Below, in pieces: positions 9,867 through 19,662 of a stretch of DNA of 51,861 bases (its first letter is position 1; every line of letters starts with the position of its first letter). The notes under the pieces were generated by a model. The model searched no databases, was not told the DNA's origin, and saw only the letters and a list, made by a program, of their open reading frames with translations. The DNA is taken from the IMG/VR virus record IMGVR_UViG_3300038560_000034, positions 1 through 51,861 of that record, one strand, 5' to 3'. The DNA is from a virus. Taxonomy: Duplodnaviria; Caudoviricetes. The position numbers and the translations under genes are program-made.

Positions 9867-10364
9867 ATGGCTCTTGACCCGCGTGCGCTTACGAGTCGTG
9901 GACTCTACAAACTTAAGATTCACGACGTGAAGCCAGAAGACATCGAACCCAATGGTGATCGTTACGTCGTGGAAGAGATTGACGTTGACGAGTACATCGA
10001 GCGTGGGCAGTTGCTCGTTATCACACAGAATGCGCCTAAGCACCAAGGCGACCCGATGGCGGACCCGACAATCGAGAACCGAGGCGTCATTGTCGCGGTC
10101 GTGATTCGTGCCGGCAATGGGCATCTTCTTGGCCTTCCCGACCCGTACTTCATTGAAGACGGTAAGGGCGTGCAGGGCAATGCCGACGTGCCGATGTTCT
10201 TCTCGGAAGGCGACGTTGTGTTTGTCGATCACAACGCGAAAGGTCGAGCGCTCCGCATTCTCGGGCGCGAGGTTCGCATCATCAATCAGATCGACGTACT
10301 CGCGAAAATGGATGGCGTAAAGCTCAAGCGGGGCGAGCATGGATGGGAGCAAGTCGAGGAGTGA
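9867..10364 (+). CDS. groES: GroES/Cpn10-like co-chaperonin
   Basis: IEPNGDRYVVE...VIRAGNG...PMFFSEGDVVFV...GREVRIINQIDVLA. Confidence 0.85.
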   Translation: MALDPRALTSRGLYKLKIHDVKPEDIEPNGDRYVVEEIDVDEYIERGQLLVITQNAPKHQGDPMADPTIENRGVIVAVVIRAGNGHLLGLPDPYFIEDGKGVQGNADVPMFFSEGDVVFVDHNAKGRALRILGREVRIINQIDVLAKMDGVKLKRGEHGWEQVEE

Positions 10365-11320
10365 ACGAGACTATCCAGCGCGAGAACTGGGAACTTGCCG
10401 ACCGCTTTCCGCGCACCGTAGACCGCGCCGGGAATATCTACATGCCGGAAGGCGACATCATTCTTTCAGCCGGTAAACTTGTCGGAGCCGGGGACCATTT
10501 TATCTACAGCACCCTGGCCAAGCGATTCACAGAGATTGGTCGCAAGGTCTATCTCTATCGCGTGACCTGCGCGCGCAACAACGATACCCTTGATATGGTC
10601 TGGGGACGCAATCCCTACATCGTCGGCACGACCGATCGCGCTCCGAACGCAGGCTATGTTCGTCAAGGCCTGTTTTACGAAGTCGCAAACCGTTTGCCCA
10701 TCGGGTCTATTGCAGCGATGGAAATGGCGCACGGTCTTCCGCCGCCGTACTCAATCGCGCCGTATATCAACTACAAGCCGAAGAAATTCCCGTTCGAACT
10801 GCAGGATACGGTACTCGTTGACTTCTCGGCGGTGTCATCCAAGATTGGCGAGCAGGGCATTGGCGAATTCTTACGGGCAATGAAGGGACGCTTCCGAAAC
10901 GCGCCGTTCTTGCAGCTTATCCCGCCCAAGAACATCTCGCTGCATCCACCGCAAATCGCGTGTCCCTCCGTGCAGATCAATGGCATTGCTGAATACATGG
11001 ACGCGCTTTCGGGATGCCGGGCGTGGATTGGCTCCGAGGCAGGCGGTCAGTCATTCGCTGCGACCGTGCGCGGTGAGCACACCGTCTATGACCTCGAAGC
11101 GCGACCTGAGATTGTCGTGCTGAGCACGATGAAGACGTACAACTCGCGTGGCTATTGCTACGCTGGCGCAGACTATCGTTCGACGATTTTCGGCGAAGAT
11201 AAAACTGGGGATTATTTCTTTCCAGGGGAGATGGAGCGGCACATTTACGATATTCGTTGCGAGTGGAGCCTTGAGCAGATGCGCAGCGATAACCCGCAGT
11301 CTTGGAAGGCTGTCGTTTGA
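10361..11320 (+). CDS. Glycosyltransferase, GT9 (heptosyltransferase)-like
   Basis: GAGDHFIYSTL, NPYI and LSGCRAWIGSEAGGQSFAA match the GT9 GxGD, NPY and IGxDSGxxHxAA patterns; GTGA overlap. Confidence 0.65.
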   Translation: MNETIQRENWELADRFPRTVDRAGNIYMPEGDIILSAGKLVGAGDHFIYSTLAKRFTEIGRKVYLYRVTCARNNDTLDMVWGRNPYIVGTTDRAPNAGYVRQGLFYEVANRLPIGSIAAMEMAHGLPPPYSIAPYINYKPKKFPFELQDTVLVDFSAVSSKIGEQGIGEFLRAMKGRFRNAPFLQLIPPKNISLHPPQIACPSVQINGIAEYMDALSGCRAWIGSEAGGQSFAATVRGEHTVYDLEARPEIVVLSTMKTYNSRGYCYAGADYRSTIFGEDKTGDYFFPGEMERHIYDIRCEWSLEQMRSDNPQSWKAVV

Positions 11321-12030
11321 GGGTTCAGATCGTGACGAGCTTTCCTCCGGACTGGCGGCCACTCGCTGATATCACCTGTGCGACAATGCGCAAGTATTGC
11401 GAGAAGTGGAATTACGCACCACTTTTTGAGGACTGCTCGACGCGGCAAGAAAAGAAGCATACGCCGTGGGTGGACGATAAGGACCCGGAGATTGGGCACT
11501 ACGTCCCAATGCGCACAATGATTAAGTTTCCGCTCCTTGAGCACTTTATGCGCGAGGAAGACTGCGGGCAGAATAACGACTACGTTGCGTGGATCGACAA
11601 CGACTGCGTGGTAACAAACTATTCTGTGCCGATTACGAAATGGTTCGATGGACACGACAAGGACCTCGTACTCGCTTTCGATGTAAACGGCGTACACCCA
11701 ACGATTATCCTTATGCGCAATACGGTCCTTATGCGCGGGCTTGTGTGGGCGTGTAAAGAGGCGGGCTGGCGCATGTACGGGATGCACGGGTGGTCTGACA
11801 TCATGGCGTTTCGTTTCATGCTCGACTATCCGCCGTATGCAGATCGCGTCAAGTTTTTCTCGGCTCAAGAAATGTGTGCAATGCCGCCGATGGTCCATCC
11901 GATGCCGGCCGATGTGCGTTCGCAGTTTGAATGGACGCCTGATTCGTGGACTGTGCATTTGAGCGCACTTGACCTTCAGTATCGTGTTTCTATTGCTCAG
12001 CAGTTCGTTGAGAAGTTGGGGCTGATCTGA
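11317..12030 (+). CDS. Glycosyltransferase, GT34 (GMA12/MNN10)-like
   Basis: YCEKWNY, DYVAWIDND (DxD), LVLAFDVNG; TTGA overlap. Confidence 0.75.
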   Translation: MRVQIVTSFPPDWRPLADITCATMRKYCEKWNYAPLFEDCSTRQEKKHTPWVDDKDPEIGHYVPMRTMIKFPLLEHFMREEDCGQNNDYVAWIDNDCVVTNYSVPITKWFDGHDKDLVLAFDVNGVHPTIILMRNTVLMRGLVWACKEAGWRMYGMHGWSDIMAFRFMLDYPPYADRVKFFSAQEMCAMPPMVHPMPADVRSQFEWTPDSWTVHLSALDLQYRVSIAQQFVEKLGLI

Positions 12031-12701
12031 AGATCGCAATCGTTTCGGCTGGGAGTCCAGACTATAAAGATTTGGCCGATGTTACACAGCCGACTCGTGT
12101 GCGGTATGCCGAGCGTCATGGATACGCGCCGTACTTTTTCGAAACAACGCGCGAGCGTGGAGATAGCTGCAAGAGCGATGCATACTTCTATCTCTACGAC
12201 AAAGGCTTTGACCTCATGTGCTGGATGGATCTGGATAGTCAGATTATGAACAGCGATGTTCTCGTTGAAGATATCTGTATGCAGTGGATGGGGTTTAGGC
12301 CACGGGGATTAGCGTGGAGTTTTGGGGACGACGCTCCCCATTTTCTTTGGGGTTGGGATCATGCTGGGCCGAACAGCGGCGTCTACATTGTGCGCTTTAC
12401 GCCCGAGGGTGCGCATTGGATGGACCGAGCGTATGCGACGATGCGCGAGAACGGACTTGCCGATGAGACGGCGATGGAAATTCTTGCAACGACGTATCCG
12501 TTCAAGAACTATGTTCGTGCGTGCCCCGGCGTCGTACTGAACTCTTACGACTACAAGTATTATGGTTGGGATAAATACCCGCTCGACTATCAGCGCAAGC
12601 TCAATCTCTATGAGCCTGGTCGCTTCATCCTTCATATGCCGGGCTATCCTAACGACGTGAGAATTCCTGAACTCAAGCGCCGTCTTGCGGAGGCGACGTG
12701 A
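12027..12701 (+). CDS. Glycosyltransferase, GT34-like (probable CTG start)
   Basis: YAERHGY, WMDLD, GPNSGVYIVR, DETAM, FILHMPG. Confidence 0.8.
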   Translation: MKIAIVSAGSPDYKDLADVTQPTRVRYAERHGYAPYFFETTRERGDSCKSDAYFYLYDKGFDLMCWMDLDSQIMNSDVLVEDICMQWMGFRPRGLAWSFGDDAPHFLWGWDHAGPNSGVYIVRFTPEGAHWMDRAYATMRENGLADETAMEILATTYPFKNYVRACPGVVLNSYDYKYYGWDKYPLDYQRKLNLYEPGRFILHMPGYPNDVRIPELKRRLAEAT

Positions 12702-13009
12702 TTCCACCAAAACTCGATGAGCGATATGGCCTCACACAGTCCGAATACGGCGGCCTTTTGTCGTCGGTAAAGCAATGCCACTACAATCCTGAACTCGGCA
12801 TGAAAATGTTCCTCAAGCACCATCCGCACTTGAAGGCAACACCCGCACTCTATGGCTTGGCAATCAGCGTCGGTCGCACGCCGTTCCCGAGTATCGTTGG
12901 CTTGAAAGAGGGCCCGTTTCCCGAGGATAAGTCGCGTCCGTGGCTCGATAGCCGTACTTGGAATAGTGAATCTCAAAAAGCGTGGGACGAAGAAGTGTCG
13001 AATTTATGA
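12698..13009 (+). CDS. Hypothetical protein
   Basis: GTGA/ATGA coupled on both sides. Confidence 0.6.
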   Translation: MIPPKLDERYGLTQSEYGGLLSSVKQCHYNPELGMKMFLKHHPHLKATPALYGLAISVGRTPFPSIVGLKEGPFPEDKSRPWLDSRTWNSESQKAWDEEVSNL

Positions 13010-13503
13010 TGATGGATGCTTCTGTGGAAAATCGGTTCTGGAAATACGTCGCACCGATGACTGAAGGGCGCGGTTGCTGGGAGTGGACTGGCTTCATACC
13101 CCCACGTCCCGGACCCGGGTATGGCTACTTATGGGACAAGGCCGTTGGCGATAAAGTTGGCGCGCACCGCATTTCATGGGTGCTGCATCGGGGAGAGATT
13201 CCCGACGGCCTGTTCGTTCTTCATCGCTGTGATAATAGGTCTTGCGTAAACCCGACACACCTGTTCCTTGGGACGCAAAAAGACAACAGCCGCGATATGG
13301 TGGAGAAAGGGCGAGCGGATTTCCTAAGCGGCAATAGGGTTTCCAGTCAAGCGAAATGGGAGGCTAAGTATTGTAGGGCTGGGCATCTTCGTACTCCCGA
13401 TACGACATGGGAGTATGTTCGGAACGGGAAGCGCAGCAAGGTTTGTAAACAATGCCAACGCGCGCGATCGCAGCGGTGGCGATCTAGGGGTGGCAGAACG
13501 TGA
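13006..13503 (+). CDS. HNH homing endonuclease
   Basis: [34 protein letters not shown]. Confidence 0.92.
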   Translation: MMMDASVENRFWKYVAPMTEGRGCWEWTGFIPPRPGPGYGYLWDKAVGDKVGAHRISWVLHRGEIPDGLFVLHRCDNRSCVNPTHLFLGTQKDNSRDMVEKGRADFLSGNRVSSQAKWEAKYCRAGHLRTPDTTWEYVRNGKRSKVCKQCQRARSQRWRSRGGRT

Positions 13504-14264
13504 GCCAAGAGTTTCAAATTATTTCGCCACAGACGCGGGCTGATTGGTTCATTAGCGGCGCTGGGCTCATTCGAAAAAATATAATTGGGTGGGACGCAAA
13601 GGGTGATCTTCCTTTGCCTGGTATCAAAACGTGCCTCGTTGGCATGTATGATAGGAAGTACGACCCGATCGCAGAGATAGCGGAAGATAATTGGGCCCGG
13701 TACGCGCTACGTCACGGAATATCTCTTCGAACCTATCCCGGCGCATTTCACACGGATCCATCCAAGCGTGAGACGTACGGCGATAAGGTCCGCTTCTCGC
13801 TCTACTATGACGTGCGCGGCATTTTCGACGTGGTGATGTTCCTCGACATCGACTCCGTGTTCGTCAACATTAACCAGCGCATTGAAGAGACGCTTCAGGG
13901 ACGCCGGTTCTTGTGGACGTACGGCGATGGTGGGCCCATGTCCGGACTGTGGATCGCACGAACAGATGATATGACAGAGAAGCACTTACGCTTCGCGTAT
14001 GAGCGCGCCGCTGCCGAGAACAATACGCGCTACGACAAGATCGAGCCGAACGGAATCTCTGACCAGGACGCGATGGCGTGGTGCATGAACGTGCCCCCAT
14101 TCAACAGCACATTTGGGAATTGCGTCGAGGCAGAGTCGGTCGGATTCTGCTTTCCAGATACGACAATGCCGCGCCCGTGGATCGTGACGGCGCGCGGTGG
14201 AAACATCGAGGAGAAGATTGCCGCACTCACGCCTTGGCTCGCCCGTACCACTCAACCCGCCTAA
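13500..14264 (+). CDS. Glycosyltransferase, GT34-like
   Basis: [25 protein letters not shown]. Confidence 0.75.
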   Translation: MSQEFQIISPQTRADWFISGAGLIRKNIIGWDAKGDLPLPGIKTCLVGMYDRKYDPIAEIAEDNWARYALRHGISLRTYPGAFHTDPSKRETYGDKVRFSLYYDVRGIFDVVMFLDIDSVFVNINQRIEETLQGRRFLWTYGDGGPMSGLWIARTDDMTEKHLRFAYERAAAENNTRYDKIEPNGISDQDAMAWCMNVPPFNSTFGNCVEAESVGFCFPDTTMPRPWIVTARGGNIEEKIAALTPWLARTTQPA

Positions 14265-14274
14265 GAGGCTCTTT

Positions 14275-15363
14275 ATGACGCAGACTATTTCTCCCCAAGA
14301 CTTCCTTGCGCTCTCCAACCTCATTGTCGAGAAGGGCATCCGCTATTTCATTGAGACGAACGCGGATGGAAAGACAGAAGGCTTAGAGATGGCATCTCGC
14401 CTCGGACTACGAGCGCATGTATGCGATACGTTTTCTGCCGTGCAACTTTCGGAGCGCTATCCGGATGCGGACGTGTACGACGGCGATTCCGCGAACTTTT
14501 TAGAAAACGTGCTACCGAAACTCGATGCGCCTGCGTTCTTTTGGCTGAGTAGTGAACTCGAACGTGCCGTGGTTGAAATCGAAAGCGAAGGCAAAGACTG
14601 GCATTTCACGATGAAGGACGATTCGGTTCAAAGCGCGCCACAAGAGGCGCCTGTTCCAGCCGATCACTGTAGCCAGCGCAAAAAGGTGGATGGCGTCTTT
14701 CCGGACCCCGTTGAGGACTTCGACCGTAATTGGGCAGGCCCCCAAGAATTGAAGCCTGCCGTCTATCGCAGTCAGAGCGAGAAAGACACGTACTACGCAA
14801 TCGCCGTCGAGAACGGGTACAACGCGTCCGTATTCGAGGCGACTGATATCGTGATCGACATCGGCGCCAATATCGGAGCGTTTTGTAAGCGCGCACATCT
14901 CAATGGCTCGCGAGAAATCTACGGCTTTGAGCCTTCGGCGTTCTACATGGAGGCGGCGAAAGCAAACGTCGGCGACCTTGAAGGGGTGTCGCTGCACCAA
15001 CTCGCGGTCGTGCGGAGCGATGATAAACGCAAGGCGCAATACTTTCACGACAACGGTATGAGCACGATGGTCGATGAAGGCAACCCGGTTGAAAATGTTT
15101 CGCTGGATGAAATTCTCGCGGACATTGGCCCCGTGCGCTTTCTGAAGATCGACGTTGAGGGTTCCGAGTGGTCGATATTACGGACTTGTACGAAACTCAA
15201 TCGCGTGTCCGAGATCGCGGGGGAATATCACCTGGCCGACCACTACGATGACAAAGAGGTGAGCGTCGGCGCGCTCATGGGGTTCCTCTACGACCAGGGT
15301 TTCACGCAGGCTGGATTCGTGCGGCAGGCCGATGCCACGGGCGGATTTTGGGCGAAGCGATGA
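14275..15363 (+). CDS. FkbM-family methyltransferase with a degenerate N-terminal MTase-like domain
   Basis: VIDIGANIGAF, YGFEP, FLKIDVEGSE, GEYH. Confidence 0.9.
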   Translation: MTQTISPQDFLALSNLIVEKGIRYFIETNADGKTEGLEMASRLGLRAHVCDTFSAVQLSERYPDADVYDGDSANFLENVLPKLDAPAFFWLSSELERAVVEIESEGKDWHFTMKDDSVQSAPQEAPVPADHCSQRKKVDGVFPDPVEDFDRNWAGPQELKPAVYRSQSEKDTYYAIAVENGYNASVFEATDIVIDIGANIGAFCKRAHLNGSREIYGFEPSAFYMEAAKANVGDLEGVSLHQLAVVRSDDKRKAQYFHDNGMSTMVDEGNPVENVSLDEILADIGPVRFLKIDVEGSEWSILRTCTKLNRVSEIAGEYHLADHYDDKEVSVGALMGFLYDQGFTQAGFVRQADATGGFWAKR

Positions 15364-16025
15364 GCGACTGGCGCGACAGGTTCCCAGCCGACATTCAGCC
15401 ATACTGCAACCAGTTCGCGGACCTGTTCAAGACGGCGTACATGCAACTGCTTTGGCGGAATGGCCCGAGCGGCGACCCGAACGAGCAAATCTCCCATGCG
15501 GAGACAACGGCGCGCGAACTCATCGCGAAGTATCGCCACCTCGGCGAAGGGAACCCGCACAACGACCATTTCTACCGCTGCACTGACAGAGTATCATCCA
15601 GCGGCTTCTACGACGGCATGGACGACGAGGCACACATTCCCTGGGCTACGCATACCATCAACTTGGATGAAACGCGCACCGGGCCGTATTCCAGGACGAA
15701 GCATCTCTGGAACGGTCACATCGACGACGGTGGCCCGCGCCCTTACGGCTGGTTCGAGAAAGCGGCCTACCACTTCATGGGCGACTTCGCGACGAACCCA
15801 GAGGCGCGTATTCATGTAAACTGCGCGGCGGGCGCAAGCCGAGCCCCGTCGATGGCCTACTTCTTCGTGCGCGCTACGACGAAACTCCCTGTGCTCGACG
15901 CCAAGGCAACGGTCTACGCCGCGAACTCCGTGCTAAACCGAAACATCAGCATCACCTATTGGCAGGACGCAGAGCGCGCCCTACGTCGTCTTGGCCTCGT
16001 TGACGACGCGTGGTTCCTTGGGTGA
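15360..16025 (+). CDS. Cys-dependent (PTP/dual-specificity) phosphatase
   Basis: CX5R loop HVNCAAGASRAP; upstream IDDG acid loop. Confidence 0.8.
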   Translation: MSDWRDRFPADIQPYCNQFADLFKTAYMQLLWRNGPSGDPNEQISHAETTARELIAKYRHLGEGNPHNDHFYRCTDRVSSSGFYDGMDDEAHIPWATHTINLDETRTGPYSRTKHLWNGHIDDGGPRPYGWFEKAAYHFMGDFATNPEARIHVNCAAGASRAPSMAYFFVRATTKLPVLDAKATVYAANSVLNRNISITYWQDAERALRRLGLVDDAWFLG

Positions 16026-16762
16026 GAGTCGCGGTCACGTCGGCATGGAATGAAGCGTACCAACCCATCGCTGACATAACCGTGCCCGTGATGGTTGAGT
16101 ACGCGAAGAAGCACGGCTATTCGTTCTGCGGCTGGCCTGACCGCTATCACACAGACGAGCAGCGTGATCCGTCATTTCTCACCTACGGCGACCGAGCGAA
16201 GCTCCAAATCTACAAAGACCTCTACGCCGACTTCGATGTGATTGTGTGGCTTGACGTCGATACGCTCATCACGAATCAGGACAAGCGCATCGAAGATATT
16301 CTTGGCGACCGGCCCTTCCTGTGGACAGTTGATTGGCATGGGCCACTCTCGGGCTTTACGATTGCGCGCTGCATCCCATCCGTTCACTTGGCGCTCAATA
16401 CGGTGCTACATCGGGCGGCGGAAGATGCGTGGTCACTCGGTACGACGGGGAAGCCACTCGCGCACGGTGGTCGTTCAGATCAGGACACGATGCGCTTCTT
16501 TGCGCCCTGGCGTCCGTTCAATGAAATCTTTGGACCGCAGAATCAGGTAACATGCAAAGAGGCTGGGCACTGTATGCCGATGGCGTACATGAAGGCAGAC
16601 CCGCTCTATTTCTATATTGCGAATTGGGAGCCGGGGGATTTTCTTTGGACGCTTCCCGGCGCTCCGGTTGCCGAGCGGGTTGCTCTGCTCTTTGAGAAGG
16701 CCGTCGAAGTGTACGGAGATACTCGGCACGAAGCAAATGCGCGCTACTCACTTGGAAACTAA
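16022..16762 (+). CDS. Glycosyltransferase, GT34-like
   Basis: YAKKHGY, DVIVWLDVD, GPLSG, DQDTM, WEPGDF. Confidence 0.8.
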   Translation: MRVAVTSAWNEAYQPIADITVPVMVEYAKKHGYSFCGWPDRYHTDEQRDPSFLTYGDRAKLQIYKDLYADFDVIVWLDVDTLITNQDKRIEDILGDRPFLWTVDWHGPLSGFTIARCIPSVHLALNTVLHRAAEDAWSLGTTGKPLAHGGRSDQDTMRFFAPWRPFNEIFGPQNQVTCKEAGHCMPMAYMKADPLYFYIANWEPGDFLWTLPGAPVAERVALLFEKAVEVYGDTRHEANARYSLGN

Positions 16763-16791
16763 TGCGGCAGGTTGAAACGTGTTACGACGCC

Positions 16792-18837
16792 TCACAGGTT
16801 CATTAGGCTTGGGCGATTGCGGTTCGGTGACGCTCGGTTAATCATCGCAAACGCCGACTCGAACTCTTTACGCTTCTCTTCCTCTTCGGCGACTTTCTGA
16901 CGATGCAGTCCCGAGTACGGGTCCGCTGCGATACAGAGCGCGATGCAGAGCGCGTCGTAGTGGTCGTCGTGTCCACGCGAGGACTTAAAACTCCCGGTCG
17001 GCGTTCGTGTTAATCCACGAATCTCGCGCTGGGTCTTTGCGTCCGGAATAATGAGCAGCGGTTCGGACTTGCCTGACTCGCGGTTGCGATTGCAAAAGAG
17101 CGAGGTGAACGTCTGATCCATGAGCGGACGGGTGTTCGTCTTCGTTTCCCAACCGGGGTAGCGCGTCGGCTCAGGAACGTCGGCGTCATAGCGCTTGTAG
17201 TAGTGGCAATTTCCCATCCCTTTATCGACCGCCCAGCGGACGAGTTGATAGCCCATGCCCGCCGTCTCAATTGCGTAGTAGCAGTTGAAGTACCACCGAT
17301 AGAGATAGTACAACTGCTCAAGAAGGATGTTCGCCGGAACACGCGCTTCATAGGTCGCGACGATCTTGTTGTCGCGGTAGCGCACGATCTGCGCGACGGA
17401 AGCGTCTGAGTCCGGGGACTCGTAGGCGATATTGGTATCCACGCCCATCGTATACTTCTCGCCGTTTTGTGGAGGAGCGTAGATACGAACTTCGTGCCAC
17501 GGGTTTCTATCGCGATGCGTGGACCGTGGGACCTCTCCATTGAGCTCCCAAGCGGCGAAGGTGCCTTCGCTCTCAAAGAGGCCCACGGCAGCCGGGATGC
17601 GCTCCATGCGAGACATCGCATCCATCGCTGAGCGATCGAACGGCGCGGAGCCCGACGAGATGAATGCTTCCTCAAGTGTTGACCCGAAGAACTCTTGGCG
17701 GAAGGTGAGCAGCGCCATTTCTTCGGATGGCATCTTGTAGCCGTCGATCTTGCGCCGCCGCCAGAAGATACGGCTGAGCGAGACGCCGTACTTGTCAACG
17801 AGGTACTGTTCTTCTTCGCCACCGTACTTGGAGATTTTCCCGAGCGTTGATTCCGTCTCGCCGCGCTGCTCTTTTGAGAACGGGCGTCGAATCTCGCCCC
17901 GGGGATTGTGCTTAGAGCGAACGTCGTACTCTTCGTGCCGGTGCCAGGCCCAGATGGCGGGGACGTAGACGCCTGGGTAGCCCTTCGCGACGGCATCCGG
18001 GAGTCCGAGAATGCCGCTGTAGATCATGTCGGCCGTAAGATCGCCCTTCCAATTCTCGATGCGCTTCGTCCATTTCGGATTCTCTTCACAAGCCTCGCGA
18101 GCGAGCGGTGCGTAGAATTCTTCGGAGTCGCCGTTTGGGGTCGAGTCGATAATGATGATCGAGAAAGGGGAGAGGGGAGCGGCTGAGATGACGCCGGCCT
18201 GCACGTCGGCCTGGCGCTCCGTCTCCATGTGCGCGTATTCGGCAATGATGACGAGGCCCTGCGGGATGCCGCGCATGGACGAGGGGACGGTGATTTGATA
18301 TATCGAGTCGAGACCTGGGTTGTTGAGCCGGTCCTTTTGGTTTGGGTTATCGAAGATGAACGTCTTGATCGACTGAATGCGGCGCATCGGCTGCATCCAG
18401 CGCGGGAGGCCGTTAAGCATCGTACCGAGACGGCGGCCTTGCTCGGCGGCAACGTCTTCGTCGTCTACGAGGAGCAGCGCGCGTTTATTCTCATCGAGGC
18501 AGTAATGCAGCCCGCGTCCGATGTTGCGCAGCGTCCAGCCGAGTTGGCGGACCTTGCCTTCGATGACACGGCCGGGAAGGTCGTTTCGGATCTGGCAATC
18601 GAGCGTGTAGTCGAGGAGCGCCTGGCCCGAGAAGGGTCGCATTCGAACCATACTGCCGCTCTTGTCCGCAACGTAGAGCATGTTCGAGGCGAAGAAGGGA
18701 TAGGACGACATTGTGCGCTTCGTGAGCGCAAGACGCCAGATATTTTCCATCTGTGGCGGCATGTCGGAGGTCCCGTAGGTGAACTTGAACCAATCCGGGA
18801 CGTCGAGGAATTCATCGGGCGAGTAAACAGGCTTCAC
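16792..18837 (-). CDS. terL: Terminase large subunit
   Basis: Walker A-like KVRQLGWT, Walker B-like LVIIAEYAH, IDSTPNG, nuclease motifs YTMGVD...DASV and HDDHYDAL. Confidence 0.92.
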   Translation of the reverse strand: MKPVYSPDEFLDVPDWFKFTYGTSDMPPQMENIWRLALTKRTMSSYPFFASNMLYVADKSGSMVRMRPFSGQALLDYTLDCQIRNDLPGRVIEGKVRQLGWTLRNIGRGLHYCLDENKRALLLVDDEDVAAEQGRRLGTMLNGLPRWMQPMRRIQSIKTFIFDNPNQKDRLNNPGLDSIYQITVPSSMRGIPQGLVIIAEYAHMETERQADVQAGVISAAPLSPFSIIIIDSTPNGDSEEFYAPLAREACEENPKWTKRIENWKGDLTADMIYSGILGLPDAVAKGYPGVYVPAIWAWHRHEEYDVRSKHNPRGEIRRPFSKEQRGETESTLGKISKYGGEEEQYLVDKYGVSLSRIFWRRRKIDGYKMPSEEMALLTFRQEFFGSTLEEAFISSGSAPFDRSAMDAMSRMERIPAAVGLFESEGTFAAWELNGEVPRSTHRDRNPWHEVRIYAPPQNGEKYTMGVDTNIAYESPDSDASVAQIVRYRDNKIVATYEARVPANILLEQLYYLYRWYFNCYYAIETAGMGYQLVRWAVDKGMGNCHYYKRYDADVPEPTRYPGWETKTNTRPLMDQTFTSLFCNRNRESGKSEPLLIIPDAKTQREIRGLTRTPTGSFKSSRGHDDHYDALCIALCIAADPYSGLHRQKVAEEEEKRKEFESAFAMINRASPNRNRPSLMNL

Positions 18838-18858
18838 GTCTAAGAGAAGGGCGTTCGG

Positions 18859-19662
18859 GTGATTGGCCCTAAATCATGCGCCGTGCGTCTTCTTGAGGCG
18901 TTAAAGCGGCTCGTAGACCCCGTTGGCCCGCTCGGGTCTGTTCTTTCGCCCGCTGACGTCTACAAAGAACGCGCCGGGCTCTCCGTTGCATCGCCGCATA
19001 TGCAGCGCGTCGAGCTTAATGCTCCGGGCGATATTCAACAGGCGCTCGCCGCTCCACGATTCGTCAGTATGGAAGAGGCGGTTGATGTGCCGCGTGATAG
19101 GGTTCGCCAAGTGAGCGCCTACGTCGAGGAACACTGGACGCCGAAAATGGCGGCCACGGAGTCAACGGACCTCGCCGTGATTCTCGTCACCTCGCAGCAG
19201 CAGGTAGGCTGGACGGTTACGCAGCGGCCTGCTGCGAGTACGCGCGCGCGCAAGTATCAGAGCCAGGAAGAATTCGAGCAAGTCATTCAGTCGGCGCAGA
19301 TTCAGGCCTCAGACGATATCTACAACGGCTATTTTGAGACGATCCCCGGCAACGACCCGTGCGTGATTAACGGCGAGGTTCTACGCGGCCAGCCCGTCTA
19401 CAAAGACGGCAAGATGGTCCACGACGGGATAGTGCGTGGCGGGACAATGATTCGCGGCGGCCGGCGTGAGTATCGTGAGAAGACGAAAGACATGGTTCAC
19501 TGGGGGCCTGGCTTCTTAGAGGAGCGCGCGAAGGTCCAAGCCGAGATGGAGAGTCGCCCGGTTCGTAACGTCAAGGCCAATATGGAAGCGATGGCCGGAC
19601 GTGTGCTGCCGATGAAGCGCATTCTTGCCAATCCGCGTGTTGATCGAAAGTCAGCGTGCTAG
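18859..19662 (+). CDS. Hypothetical protein (start uncertain, may be further downstream)
   Basis: 267 aa ORF with protein-like C-terminal part. Confidence 0.6.
   Translation: MIGPKSCAVRLLEALKRLVDPVGPLGSVLSPADVYKERAGLSVASPHMQRVELNAPGDIQQALAAPRFVSMEEAVDVPRDRVRQVSAYVEEHWTPKMAATESTDLAVILVTSQQQVGWTVTQRPAASTRARKYQSQEEFEQVIQSAQIQASDDIYNGYFETIPGNDPCVINGEVLRGQPVYKDGKMVHDGIVRGGTMIRGGRREYREKTKDMVHWGPGFLEERAKVQAEMESRPVRNVKANMEAMAGRVLPMKRILANPRVDRKSAC

Noticed and set aside
10361-16762. DNA hypermodification role for the GT cassette
   Set aside because: No hydroxymethylase, kinase or phage polymerase was recognised to supply a modifiable base. Disfavoured, not excluded.
17010-17996. Long alternative-frame and antisense ORFs (also 1500..2339, 27330..28427, 43301..44092)
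   Set aside because: R/S/A-rich shadow ORFs overlapping well-supported genes in GC-rich DNA.
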